Positions 22,250 through 36,143 of a stretch of DNA of 64,000 bases are shown one piece after another. Source of the stretch: Phyllobates terribilis (Eukaryota); the NCBI RefSeq assembly GCF_046119375.1, contig NW_027362765.1, positions 287,556,001 to 287,620,000 on the forward strand, in the 5' to 3' direction. The translations under genes and the position numbers were made by a program. Position 1 is the stretch's first letter, and each line of letters opens with the position of its first letter. The notes beneath the pieces were generated by a model. That model was not told the DNA's origin. It searched no databases and worked only from the letters and a program-made list of their open reading frames with translations.

Positions 22250-22685
22250 CTTAGTCACGCTGGTGGATGTGGACCCACTGAGCCACGAACCGGAAAGAGC
22301 CTAGAGGGGCATAACTAAGTGACCATCTTCACTAGAGCGCCTGATGGTGTAGTTAGGCGTGAGCCACAGGCGATCGCCAGGTACCACTCTAGGGCAGACC
22401 ACGGAACGATAGCAGCGGACCTCAGGGAATAGGGACGCAGGAGCGGACTCAGGGTTTAAGGCTGAACCGGATGCTGATGCTAGTTCAGACAGAGCGTATT
22501 TGGAGTCCAAGTACTGGTATTGAGGAAACATGTTCAGACTAGACAGGTTCAGGAGTAGACAGGACTGGCACAGGTACTGGAACACAGGATGAGTGTAGTA
22601 ACAGGGACCTGACAACGGACTTGAAGATTGGAAAACACTAAAAAAATGAATGTTCCCCAGGCACCTTCCAAGAGGTGAAGGTGCC
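22250..22685. mobile_element. Probable LTR-retrotransposon LTR fragment
   Basis: Resembles recalled amphibian Gypsy LTR sequence; no termini or target duplication resolved. Confidence 0.3.
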
Positions 22686-22689
22686 TTAA

Positions 22690-22988
22690 AGGGGATTTCT
22701 CACGAACGAAAGTTGATTTTAATCAATTGGAATAACTTGGAATAATAATAGCTTCCACAATTGGATGTGTTTATCTTAGCACAGGAATATTTTATTTAAT
22801 CTTATGAATGTGCCCCTGCTGTGTACTGTGTAATGGCTTTGTCTGACCATGCAGGAACACGGTCTGATGATACCACATCTCCTGGGCAGGGGGGGGGGAA
22901 GCAAAAGAGTATACAGACATTACAGCATGGGATCACAGCTGATTCTTTCTGTGAGATAAAACATTTCCCTGCCTGATTTTAAACAATG
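22690..22988 (+). mobile_element. Truncated TTAA-flanked (T2/Kolobok-like) MITE
   Basis: TTAA|AGGGG start; same family as 37801-38349. Confidence 0.75.
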
Positions 22989-22995
22989 TCCGGTG

Positions 22996-23790
22996 GGCGC
23001 TGTTATATGGAGTAAAATGATACCTTTGTTGATGAAATGCGTCCTGTGGTTCTTTTATAATCTTTACTTTCATTTCTGCCATGAGATGCTCGTGCTTTGG
23101 GGCAGCCTGTGGGTGCTCTGCTTATGTATTCTCATTCCTGCCTTCTGACAGGTCACTGTGCTTTCAGTTACCGGCCTACTATTTTAAATATTGCCTTTGT
23201 AATTTCCGTACCAAAGTGAAATTTACATGCCCCAAAATGGCCGCCGCCGCCCGCACATGTGCAGTAGCATCTTTTCGTTGCTGAGAGATGCTACTGGGCA
23301 CGAGTGGGCGCCATTTTGCTAGGGGAAATATAAATTTTGCCTGCAGCAATATGGCCTGCGCTTGCGCAGTAGCATTTCTCTGTTGCCGAGAGATGCTACT
23401 GCGCATGCTTGGCGCCATATTGCTGCACCCAAATTATTTTTCCAAAAGCAAAATTGTGCTCATGCGTGCGTAGTAGCATCTCTTGGCAACCGATAGATGT
23501 TACTGCGCATGTGCGGGTGGCGGTGGCCATTTTGGGGCATGTAAATTTCACTTTGGCACAGAAATTACAAAGGCAGTATTTAAAATAGTAGGCAGGTGAC
23601 TGAAAGCACAGTGACCTGTCAGAGGCCAGAGATGGGCATACATAATGAGAGAACCAGTTACAGCCCCTCCCTAAAGTCCTGCCCCAGAGCACGAGCATAT
23701 CACTATGGCAGAACTGAAAATTAAGATTATAAAAGAACCACTGGACGGATTTCATCAACAAAAGTATCATTTTACTCAGTGTAACGGCGC
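22996..23790. mobile_element. Approximately 0.8-kb palindromic MITE-like element
   Basis: Arms of about 350 bp mirror each other (GAGTAAAATGATAC / GTATCATTTTACTC); internal GCAGTAGCATCT repeats. Confidence 0.8.
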
Positions 23791-24327
23791 CCATGCGGCA
23801 GTGTGTGTGGTTTAGTAAGCACAATCCTGCTGACAGGGGCGCTAAGTGACTGACACACTAGGAATGCCGTATGTCTACAAATTGTTAAGAACTAAGTGCC
23901 TCCCAGCTATTGGCTTGGGACACATCAGGTGCACGCGCTGTCTCTTTAAGAGACAGGGAACGCGAGTGCCCTAAGCGCGCTGCCAGAAGACCTGCGCGGC
24001 ATGCGCAGGCCCTGGGATACAGGAGGCGTGGCGAGACTCGGAACAGAGGACGCGGCTGGGTGGCTGCGGGAGTGAGTATGTCGGAGTCCCTGCCGAAGGG
24101 ATGGAGAAGCAGGGTGCAGGGATGCTGGCGTTATACTTTACACTTCTGATCTGTGTTCTGTTCTGTCGTCAATATATTATGGCTAGAAGAGATTTCTAAC
24201 TTATCATTTTACACAGTGTCAGAACTTTTTTGGTATTGGTGTTGTACTATGGGGAATATGGTATTTAAGGTGGGGTTGTCTGACTAGTGGACATCCCCTT
24301 TAATGCAGAAAGTGAACAAGGTATTGG

Positions 24328-24668
24328 GCTATGTTCACATCTGCGTTTGGGAAGTCTATTAGTCTGTTTCGTTTTAGGAACAAACAGAATTCATGTTCAA
24401 AACAGATTCACTGCATAACTGATGCAGCAGAAGCAGAAGGGCCACATTGACTTTATGGGGAATGTCTGGGTTCCATTATGTGTCAGTTTTTAGAATGGAG
24501 ATGGAGAACTTTCTGACAAATGGACAAATAATGGAACCCAACTCCCATAATAATCAATGGGATCCTTCTGCTTCTGTTTTCATCACTCTGTTTTGGACAT
24601 GAATTCCATTTGTCTTTTCCTAAAACATCTGACATTTGGACTTCCCCAATACAAGTGTGAATACAGCC
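24328..24668. mobile_element. Harbinger-like MITE
   Basis: GGCTATGTTCACA...TGTGAATACAGCC termini, followed by TAA. Confidence 0.6.
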
Positions 24669-27447
24669 TAAGAACAGTATCCTCGCATGAATACCCTCTA
24701 GGTGTACAAATAAAAACACTATAGTGAGGACTACCGCTCCCTACAGGACTCAAACAAATTTTCTTATGGGGCCAACATCATAAAATTGCAGATATAGCCT
24801 TCTGTACTGCTGAATTTCCAAAGGATTGGGCACAAGGTGTAGGACTGTTGGTGCAAGCTTCAGGTCCAACACATAAGATGCATGTTGTACACTTGGTGGC
24901 CATAATCATGAGACCAGTGTTCTTGAAAATAAAGGTTTTAAACCATGACAGTCACCCAATATGTAAGTAACTTACGAGCCATCCTTATGGATGACTGATG
25001 ACAAAACGTCATGGTCCAAAAAGAAGCCAGCATCGTTTGAGATTTCCTTCCGATAGTCGCTCATAGATGACGGCATATGGGTCACTCAAAAAATGATTGT
25101 TCATGAAAGAACAGCGTACAGGGAAGGAGAGTAGGCATAAGTATTCAGGTATAATGGAGGATCGTTTGCCCTTCTACAATCAACATCACTTCCAGCAATA
25201 CATCTGCCAATACATGTACTACCACACAAAACAGATCTAGCCACCAATAGTAGGCATGGATGTATCAGCACCATGACTGCTTACCAGACCACTGTCCATA
25301 AAATGTTCAATCAACCATTAACTAATTTCTGCCCAATGGAATGGCCTTAAAGGGATTTTTCAGAAGTCATCAAAATTAGGCAATGTTACCAGATAGAGAA
25401 AAAAACATCATTACTTACACCATGAATCCCAATGCTGCTCCTGTAGTGGTCCCTGTCAGTACTAGACGAGATAAAAACCCATCCGTCACATAACCACTGG
25501 AGCCAAGGATCGGGCATGGCTGCTGCAGGACTGATGAGGACCTCCAGAGCTGCTGTGCTGGAGAGGCAGGGTATTCAACGACCAAGTCTTATCTCATTGT
25601 AGATAATATTCCTTATTCTTTGCCAACGTTTGAAAAATCGCCAAACCCCGGTCACGGCTAAGCTTACCAGGGATACTGAGAAGTAGGACTCAGCAGGTTC
25701 CATTATAGGGTGCCAGTCACCAGGAGAAAACATAGAAATCATGCCCCCCCTCCCCCAAAAAAGAAAAACAAAAATTAAATAATTGACGGGGTCACAGAAG
25801 AGCATAAGTCACAACTTTCCAGCCTTTACATAGTAATTTTCCTCCTGCTGACATCCTAGATTCCTCTTTAATTGCCCCCATAAAGGTTGATGCCCAAAAA
25901 TGTGCCCCCCAAACACAGTATGATACCCCCATGGTGAATTCCTCCACATTAGCCTCCACGTGCACAGTATAATTACCCTACTGTACCCCACTGTAACTCC
26001 CGAGGCAAAGTATGGTGACCCCAACACAATATGATCCCCCAACTGTGACCCCCACACAGCCCTCCATGCACTATAATGGGCTTACACACAGTATAATAGC
26101 CCGCACTGTATAATGGCCCGCACTAGCCCTCCAAACAGTAAGATGGACCACACACAAACCTTCACACTGAATAATTGCTTGCATACAGTATAATGGCCCG
26201 ACATAGCCTTCCATATAGTATAATGTGCCCCCCATGGTCCTCCATGCAATAGAATGCAGCCCCCATGGTTCTCCATGCAATAGAATGCAGCCCCCATAGG
26301 GCATAGTGCAGGCACAGTTCTCCAGTAATATGGGCACCACATACTCACTGATTTAAAAAAATAAATACAATACTCACCGCTTCTCATTCCCCCGCTACTT
26401 CAGTCTCTGCAGCGGGTCTCCTCACCTCAGCAGCTCCACTACCTGACCCAGCGTGGCGCGATGAAGTGACGTCATGGCCCCCGCTGCATCAGACGGAAAG
26501 GGGGAATGATGAGAGAGGGAGTGTTACATGACGCTCCCTCCTTCATTATTGCTTTCAACTGGATCGGTATCTGCCGATCCAGTTGAATGCGTGTCGGTGG
26601 GGGGGCGCGGTGCTGGCAGTCCGGACGGGTGGCCTGATGCGGGCGCTGACACTGGGCTCCCCCCAGCTCACAGGCCCCATAGCAGTCGTGTGGCCTGCCG
26701 CCATTGGCGTACACCATACATAGCCTGTCAATACGGTATTTTTCAGTGGTATAGAAATGAGCCATTATCTCCTTCCGCCAATTAATTTCAGTCAAACACA
26801 GCTCCTTATAAGATGTTTATTGGCAATATACAATATAAAATAGACCTTATATCAAACATACATAATATACAACAGAGGTACTCCAAAACCATCCATAGCT
26901 CCAAACAGGCTCCTCCGAATCTCAAGCAGAAATCCAGGACAGCTGGAGATCATGGATCAGAAATGGACATCCCAAATATACAGAAATAAATAACACCATA
27001 TACACTTTTATAGTTATGTACAGATGAAAATGCTACAATAATTTAGCAATAAATACCAGTATATATGTCCGTGATACAACCTGCATCAGTGACTCGAAGA
27101 CACAGATTTTCAGGAAGGTGGGTTCAGCAGAGCTGACCGCAGAAAAGCAGAAACCCGAGCGTTCACAGTGAGACCACCAAATGGCACAATATATGGTAAT
27201 GAGAGGAGTCAAGACCCTATTATTTCAAGGCTGAGGTTTACGCCATGGGATCTACTTCTGCACAGGGTTCAGGCTTTTTCCGCCACTTTCCTATACATAC
27301 AATATAGAAAGATACTCAATATCCTGATTTATTATAAAAGCTCTTCATCTCAGTTGGTTTTGGTAAATGCTGGCACAAGGAGTCTCACCAGCCAAGTCAC
27401 ATTTATATCTATGGTTCAGCTCAGTGGTTACAGGTGTCCGGCTACTA

Positions 27448-28640
27448 CCGTGTTTCCCCGATAAGACCTAGCATGATTTTTCAGGGTTTTTGGAGCATGC
27501 TTATAATATAAGCCATAGTCCAGAAATAAGCCATAGTCCAGAAATAAGCCATAGTCCAGAAATAAGCCATAGTCCAGAAATAAGCCATAGTCCAGAAATA
27601 AGCCATAGTCCAGAAATACGCGGTTCTATAAGGAAATTTCGAGGCAGCTGAAAAAGTTAAAGAATACAGCAGGACCCTTCATCAAAGAAACCAGACACCC
27701 CCAAAAGAATCGCACTCAACAGACCCCAAACAATTTAATTTGGCAAGTGCCAATGGTGGGTGGGCTCTCACACTGATCTGCGTCACTGTCAGGTCCCTCG
27801 CCGTTCTAACTGCATTGCACTGCAGCTCACACACAGATCAGGTACCAGTATCACTCCGCTCCCAAGTGTGAGCGATACTGCTTCTGGTCACCAGGGGAAG
27901 CCAACCACTGTCAGTCAGGGGGACCCGACAGTGACGCAGAATTGTGTGTGAGCCCATTAACTTTCCAACAATAAGGTATGTACCCACCATTATATGCTTG
28001 GTAGGGTATACATGGTTCTGCACCATGAGAATAGCAGTTCCGATAAGAAAATGTGTAAATTAACCAGTAATAGGATTAATGCAAAATTTATTACAATTTT
28101 GATAATCTACAATTTCCAAAAGGAATGGATACCACATCTATTTGCCATATACATGTTAGGTAAAATTCCTTTTGGAAATTGTAGGTCTTATCATTTTATA
28201 AATACTTTACTCAGGGTTGCTGCCATAATTTATATGTTCATGCCTTTCCCTATTTATTTGTTCTTATGTGGTGCCATCTACTGTCTAATTGATATATTTA
28301 TATTTTAATTTGCATTTTTCAATAAATTGTATTTTAGCTAAATTTTGTTAGTGTATTTTGTGTTAATCTTATTACTAGTTCAGTTGCACATTTTCCTATC
28401 TGAAAAGCAAATAGGATCTCAAGAATTTCATGGTGGAATTCAGGGTTTGGAGATTTATGTTGATGTTCCAGAATGCAATGACATTATTATATTTGAATAA
28501 ATGTTGATTTTTTTGTTCAAGAATAAATGTGGATTGTTGTTCATGGAAAAAAAATAACACATCCCCCGAAAATAAGCCCTAACGTATCTTTCGGAGCAAA
28601 AAATAATATAAGACCTTGTCTTATATTCGGAGAAACACGG
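27448..28640. mobile_element. TA-flanked pogo/Tc2-like non-autonomous element
   Basis: TA|CCGTGTTTCCCCG ... CGGAGAAACACGG|TA. Confidence 0.7.
27508..27615. repeat. 18-bp tandem repeat, 6 copies
   Basis: ATAAGCCATAGTCCAGAA x6. Confidence 0.97.
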
Positions 28641-30093
28641 TAGTTCGACTACTTGTCTATGGCTAGGGAAGTACTGCATTAATGGCCACTGATGGGCGCA
28701 TACAATCAGGATGTAAAAGTGCAGTGGCCTGAGTCAGGATGGATGCCCAGGCATCCGTTCACCATAAGAACCCCTTGTAATAAATCAAGTATATCGCGTG
28801 GTACACATTTTTTGCAGTGACCCTCTGTTTAGAAAAGTGCAATCTACTGTGTTTTCCTATACAGGTAACCAGCCAGAATGCAGACATATACCAGCCAGGC
28901 GTAGGTCAGACGCACACACGTTTGGACTCGTCTGGCTCCTACGGGAATGTTAAAGTACGCATTGGCAAAAAGTCTGCAAAATATACTTTAGTGTGCACCT
29001 AGGGAATCTAGATTGTCTTCTATTCACCAGGAATTGGTAAAGCTGAACCTGGATCAATTCTTATCAGCAGAGCTCAAATCAAGTGATTCGAACGCCTGTC
29101 TCCATCGGCCATGAGTAGGTTTACAACATACAAAACCGAAAATGAAGCAGCCTGGAATCACTCTTAAGAATATAGCAGGAAGTTTTGCCCATGGTAAGAG
29201 ATTCAATATTTTAGCCAATTTCCAACATTCACCTTAGTACTCTCAATGCTAAAATTTTAGCCTTCTTGAACTACTTGCTCCATAATATGACATACTTCAT
29301 GTGTACACTAAGCGCTGCCTTACCAGATTAGTATATAACTAGCTCGAAAGGGAACCTGTTATGTCCCCAAATGTTATTAACTAGCAGATAAAGGGTTAAT
29401 GTGCAGGATAATAACATTACAATGCTGCCCGGCCGCCTTACTGAAAGCGCGGCTATACGGAGAAAATGCACTTTATTCCTCCCGGGGGCCATCAGCTTTC
29501 AGCATGGAGGCGCTGCTGGAACAAATACAGCACCGTTTGCAGCATCGTGAGCACGCACCGGCACTTCGATTGACAGCTCACTTGTGCACAAAAGATATGG
29601 TTGTCAAAGTGCCGAGGCGCGCTTACAGTCACAACTCATAGTATACTGAGCAATGACAAACCACTCCGTGCACGCCCCCATGACTGAAAGCCAGCGACCA
29701 TTATTCTCGGCATACACAGGATGATGCACTGTCAAGAATGATGATCTTTTACACAAGCAAACCAAAAGATCATTCTACCCATTGAAAGAGAGTTTCACTC
29801 ACTAATCAGGTGATCAGCACTCTGTTTAGGCAGCACGATTATTCGCAATCGTGTAGAGAAAATGCACCTTTACTAGTACTTATATGTCTTTAAAAATATG
29901 AAAGGTCAGATAATGACACATCTACCTACATTTTTTTTCTCATTCCAGTTGAGCATGCATGCTTTTTAATAGTTGACTGGTATTTTTCTGTTGATTTTAC
30001 TGCAGGTATTATGGGCAGATTGACCTAATCTAACAAAAAAAAAAAAATGCTCCACCAGTATGATAAGGCTGATTACAATGGTCTTTGATTTAA

Positions 30094-30483
30094 AGGGAAC
30101 CTATCATGTTGTAAATGGTATGTGATCTGCAGGTAGAATATGATAGAGCAGGAGTAGCTGATCCGATTGATAAATATTTTGTGATAAAAGATTCAGTATA
30201 ACTTGTATTTTATTCATTGAAATTCCTGGTGATTGTATACATGAGTCCGGTGGGCGGTCCTACTAGTGAATGATTGACAGTCTTCCCCATATGACTGTAC
30301 ATGCAGAGATAGCTGTCAATAACTAGTAGGACTGCCCACTGGACTCCTATGTACACAAATACCAGGGTTTCAATGAATAAAATACAAGTTATACTGAACC
30401 TTTTCCCCAAAACCTATATATCATTCTGCTCTATACCATCCTGTCCGCAGATCGGACTGCATGAAGAATGTGACAGGTTCCCT
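30094..30483. mobile_element. TTAA-flanked MITE
   Basis: TTAA|AGGGAACCT...AGGTTCCCT|TTAA, palindromic arms. Confidence 0.85.
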
Positions 30484-30563
30484 TTAAAAGGGATCAGTAG
30501 ACAATAAGGATGGGGTACAATATGCACCCTTCACAGTGCTTCTTCTCTCTCTAATAATATTAA

Positions 30564-31012
30564 AGGGAACCTGTCATTTTTGAAAACTGTTATTTACCTG
30601 AATACGTAGGGTTAATCTGCAGTTAAATAGCATTATAATGCTGCCTTTATTACAGTGCAGCTAATGGGAGAAAATTAACTTATTTCTTCCAGGGAACAGC
30701 CGTCTTTTAGCTGTGAGGTTCTGGACAGAGCAATGACAGTCAGTGATCACAGCACCGCTCAATATACTGAGTGGCAGCTGTACACACAGGTGCACTCCAC
30801 AGCAGGCTGTCAATCAAACTGCCGGTATAGTGAGGAATTGCTGTAATCGCTCCCTACTCCTTCCCTTTGACTCAAAGCTGGAGGCACCCAGGAAGAAATA
30901 AGTTCATTTTCTCCAGTAGCTGTACTTTGGGTAAGGTGGCCGGGCACTAGTTACAAGCAGAGTAACCCTATATATGCAGGCAAATAGCTTTTTGGAAAGT
31001 GACAGGTTCCCT
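30564..31012. mobile_element. TTAA-flanked MITE
   Basis: TTAA|AGGGAACCTGTCA...TGACAGGTTCCCT|TTAG. Confidence 0.8.
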
Positions 31013-31565
31013 TTAGGGCTTGTGGGTCATGGGGAGGAGTATAGATACAGAAGGACATCTCTCTCTACGATATACTGTATATGATTTACAACAAGAGTGG
31101 GACATAGTACAGCACCTCTCGCATGATACGTCCAGAATCTGTTCTTTTGCATCTGCACCACTGACTATCTCCTGTAAGCGTCATGACTGGTACAGAGTGC
31201 CAGGGCATAGAAACATTTAAGAAACAGTACATTTAGTAAGCACACAGCCCTGTGAACCTCCAGCATAATATTGTAATCTGATAACTAATCAGTAGGTCAT
31301 GAATATGTGTGTAATATGTCTAGAAAAGGCAGCAGCACGAAGAACAGGAGGTAATAACGTACCCGGCATGACATTGAGTTAGTCTGTTTTCCCACCATAT
31401 TTCAGGTCCATGTTCCCTTCTGTATTGGATCCTTCAGTTCCTCTGTGGCAATACAATGCAGACGTGAACACAGACCTTGGATGGTCACAACAATGTAAGC
31501 TACACACTGTATATACTTATGATTGGTTATATTCTGTTGTATTCATCATCCCATTAAGATGGATA

Positions 31566-31714
31566 NNNNNNNNNNNNNNNNNNNNNNNNNNNNNNNNNNN
31601 NNNNNNNNNNNNNNNNNNNNNNNNNNNNNNNNNNNNNNNNNNNNNNNNNNNNNNNNNNNNNNNNNNNNNNNNNNNNNNNNNNNNNNNNNNNNNNNNNNNN
31701 NNNNNNNNNNNNNN
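31566..31714. other. Assembly gap (149 N)
   Basis: Run of N. Confidence 1.
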
Positions 31715-33525
31715 ACATAAATCAAAAGACTTTTTGAAATGTGTTGGACCCTTAGAATTTACAACATCATCACAATTAAAACCAACGCATTGTACAGATA
31801 TCACTATTAATACAGGTCTCCCCATTTTGCTTACAAAGCAAATTATTAGGAATGATGACATCACTGATATGTCCAGTGATGTCATGAATACTCATATCCA
31901 TATTGGGCATCCGCTTTTTCTGCTCTAGGAACAACTGTACCTTACAACTAACAGAATAATAAACCCTACCTCATTTTTACAATGCAACCAGCAGCAACAT
32001 GGCCGACACTACTGAGCAGATTCTGACTTTAATTAGACCAGAGATGTGGAAGACCAGAAGTGGAAGGCGGTTTAGTGAACAGATTTTAACTGGTACATTT
32101 TTTCGGGGGTCAAAAGGTAATCTACTCGACTTAGGATCTACAAATGTTACTATAAAATATTAATAAAAGGATTTAAATTGTGATATTTGATCATCAAATA
32201 CCCCAAAGGGTTGGACCATGGCATTATTGGTCCAGCTCCTCTCAAGACAATGCCACCACCATTATACACTTTTCTGGCTTGGGTGGCCTCTGTTAAAAGC
32301 TCAGAAAGGACCACAGTGTCTTTCATAGAGAAAGCTTCAAGGGACTCTATTAGACCAGAATGACTGTTCAAACTAAGCACAGGCGCTCAGTGAATCCACA
32401 TATAAATACACCTTCCCACCTACCTATTTTCCATCTATCTCCACCCTACTGTGGCTCTATAAAGCTGGAGCTGTCAATCAAAAGAGGGGGGTGGAGATAG
32501 AGGGAAAACAAGGAGGTGTGAAGGTGCAGTTAAATGTTTGGCCACACCAAGGGTGCACTGAGCGCTTGTACTTTGTTTGAACAGTCATTCTGTGCTGACA
32601 AACTTTGTTTCAGCACAACATACAAAAGGTCTGGAAATTTTGGATTGGGCCACGTAGTCAGTTGTGAGGCCTCATTACATACAATGCAGACCTCCTCGAT
32701 AAGTACAGTGCATATACCCTCGGAGTGAGTACGAATGGCTGTTCCCATCAAAGCAACGTAAAAGAAGCCATCAACATTTTCTGATATATTAATTTTGGCA
32801 CAGAAAAGCCACCAACTTCAAAAGATCTCACCACATTGAGAACAAACCATAACAGTCACTAGCCCAAGTGAAAAGTGCACACTGACCACAACAGGACGCA
32901 CACTCTGACGACACAGGACAGCACGCTGACCCAGAAGCTGCGTGACCACAAATCCAAAAAGGAGCAGCATAGTCTTAAACCACAAACTACACGACACACG
33001 GGAGAACTGCATACAAGGGCGTCACTCACTATTCCACAAAGAAGCAGAACCACCCGGCATCACACAGTACAGACGGAGCCACAACACCGCGTACTTCAAG
33101 TATCCACTGCACACACCGATTCAGGACGAGTAGCACAACCTGACGTCACACTATACACTGAAGGCTCAACGGGACGGAAACACAGACAAAGCCTACGGAC
33201 TTTCAAGTGTGGAAACTAAAGCTGGTGACTTTGCAGTTCTGTCACTAGCCATTCTGATGGCCAAGGTTTGGACTGAGTGCTTACACACCGCATCATATGA
33301 AGCTTAGTGCGAGACCTCCCACTAATTGTCACTTCCCCTCCTGCTGCAAGGACACAAATTCCGAAAAGTCATATTCCCAGCCAGAGCACCCAAAACCCCA
33401 ACTAGTTCGACAGATTATACTACTGAGTGTCTAGAAACCATTTCAGTAGCTAAGGAAATGTTTGGGTACTTGAGCTTTGGAAAATGCTTCGGAAGGTCAG
33501 TAGTGGCATCATGTTTGTCGCACCA

Positions 33526-36062
33526 CTAAGAACGTGCCTCTGTTTTAGACTTCACTATGGTAATGACACTAGTGGCAGCTACTTTCCCTGGTATAAGAGG
33601 CCTCATGCCAGGTGTATACGCCCCCCTCGGAGGGTTGATGGGATTCCTAGCTACAGTCCTGGCAAAGTTCTGAAGAGCTTCATACTTTGACCTTAGAGAG
33701 TCCAGTTCCTGGCGCATGCTAGCATTCTCAGAGGCAAGCTTCTCCACCTCCTGCTGCAATTCTGCCTTCTGCTTCTCCAGTTCTTCTTTTTGTGTTACCC
33801 GCTTTACCCTGCAGCTTGCAGCATAGCCACGGTTCTTAAGCGTACGGCGACGTTGCTTCAGCTGGATGATCTCCTCCTTGGTCAAACCACGGAGATGCTG
33901 GTTCAGCTCCCGCACAGACATGGTGACCAATTCTTCATCCGTAAGACTGGTGCCATTCTCCCCGGGCTCCCTCTTTACCTAAGTGAAAAGCAGAAAAATA
34001 GTACGAATGGCACCAGAAAGATGCACACGAACTCTTGTCAAAGGTTTTATGTCCTATATGCCATGCTATAGACAGTATTTATGGATGTATTCATGCCCTT
34101 CAGCGGGTACACAGCAACTTCACTGTGTTACTGGAAAGCAAACTCATCAAGTGGAAAATGGTCAGTGCGAGACTATGTGAACTGACCCAACACCAGGGAT
34201 GCAATGCCATAAAACTACCAAATCAAGGGGCCAGAAATAGTGACTCTATTGACAAGTCATTAAAACAGTAATGTTAGAAGAAGGTTATGGAAAGCAATAC
34301 AATCTGGGGGGGTCTCAGCAATCGAACCCCCAGCGTTCTAGAAGTTATCACCCACCCTGTGGAGCCGGAATTCCGCTTTAATTCTGATGTGTGCAAGCAG
34401 CCTAAAAATGACTCTCTGGTTTTAAGTCTATTGACAAGTCAGAGGATTGCATCTGTTGCAGTCTATGGCAACATGGTCAACTTTAGTTTTCTGATCTCCA
34501 AGAAAAAAGCTGAAAAGGCATTTGTATTCTGCCTCCTACTTTACGGAGAAAATAGAAAATATCCGTCAGGAAATCAGCTCCCAGCCACATCTCTCCCATC
34601 CCTCCCCACATCTCCTGTAGCTCACTCTCCACATTTGACCCAGCCAGAAGAAAAAGTCTCCACCCTCCTCTCTTCTTCTCATCCCACTACATGCACCACT
34701 GACCCCATTCCCTCATACCTACTTCAGTCTCTCTCTTCAGTTGACAATACTCACCTAACTAAAATCTTCAATCTCTCCCTCTTTTCTCGTATCTTCCCCT
34801 CCTCCTTCAAACACTCTATCATTACTCCATTATTAAAAACAACCCTCTCGTGACCCATCCTGAACAAAAAACTACAGACCAGTCTCCAATCTCCCCTTCA
34901 TCTCTAAACTCTTGGAGCACCTGGTCTACTCTAGCCTTACCCGTTACCTCTCCACTCACTCTCGCTTCCGCCCCCTACATTCTACAGGAACTGCACTCAT
35001 CAAAGTGACCAATGAACTTTTGACAGCAAAACGTAATGGTGACTACGCTCTGCTGCTTTCGACACTGTTGACCACCAGCTCCTACTCTCTATGCTCCACT
35101 CAATCGGCATAAAGGACACTGCTCTCTCCTGGTTCTCCTCCTATCTTTCTGACCGCTCCTTCAGTGTATCGTTCGCTGGCTCCACTTCTTCCCCCATTCC
35201 TCTCACTATTGGGGTTCCTCAGGTTTTAGTCCTTGGCCATCTTCTCTTTACACAGACCCAATTGGACAGACCATCAGCAAATTTGGCTTTCAGTACCATC
35301 TTTACGCTGATGACACACAACTATACACCTCATCCCCTGACCTTACCCCAACTGTACTACAGAGCACCAATTGACTGTCTGTCCGCAGTTTCCAACATCA
35401 TGTCCGCTCTCTATCTGAAACTCAACCTTTCCAAAACTGAACTTCTTCTGCTCCCACCATCTACTCACCTCCCTAAATCTGACATCTCCCTCTCCATGTG
35501 TGGCACCAGAGTAACGCTGAGCCAGCAGTCTCACTGTCTGGGTATTTTGTTTAACACCAATCTTTCCTTCACCTTCCATATACAATTTCTTGCCTGCTCT
35601 TGTCGCTTGCACCTGAAGAACATCTCTAGAAGCCGCCCCTTTCTCACCTTGGAAACAACAGAAACCCTCACTGTTGCCCTGATCCACTCCCGCCTTGACT
35701 ACTGTAACGCTCTATTAAGTGCCCCCCCTCACTCGACTTTCCCCTCTCCAGTCCATCCTTAATGCTGCAGCCAGGGTCATTATCTGGCTAATCGTTACAA
35801 AGACGCTTCCGCTCTGTGTCAGTCATTAAACTGACTGCCCATACATTATAAGATCCAATTTAAATTGCTTGTTCTCACCTCCAAAGCTCTCCACAGTGCG
35901 GCACCCCCCTACATCTCCTCCCTCATTTCTGTTTATCGGCCTATATGTTCTTTATTCTCCGCAAGCAACTTTCAACATCCGCACTAATCTGCATAGCTCC
36001 AAGACTTCTCCCAAGTTGCACCAATTCTCTGGAATGTTCTTATCACGTTCCCTAATTGAAGT

Positions 36063-36143
<81 letters not shown>

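Noticed and set aside
30529-30538. miR-27/miR-128 seed match on the MAFG strand
   Set aside because: The 3' UTR end is unknown, the site is 3 kb from the stop beyond a gap and between MITEs; chance is plausible.
31410-31928. ORFs spanning the N run
   Set aside because: They stay open only because N codons cannot be stops.
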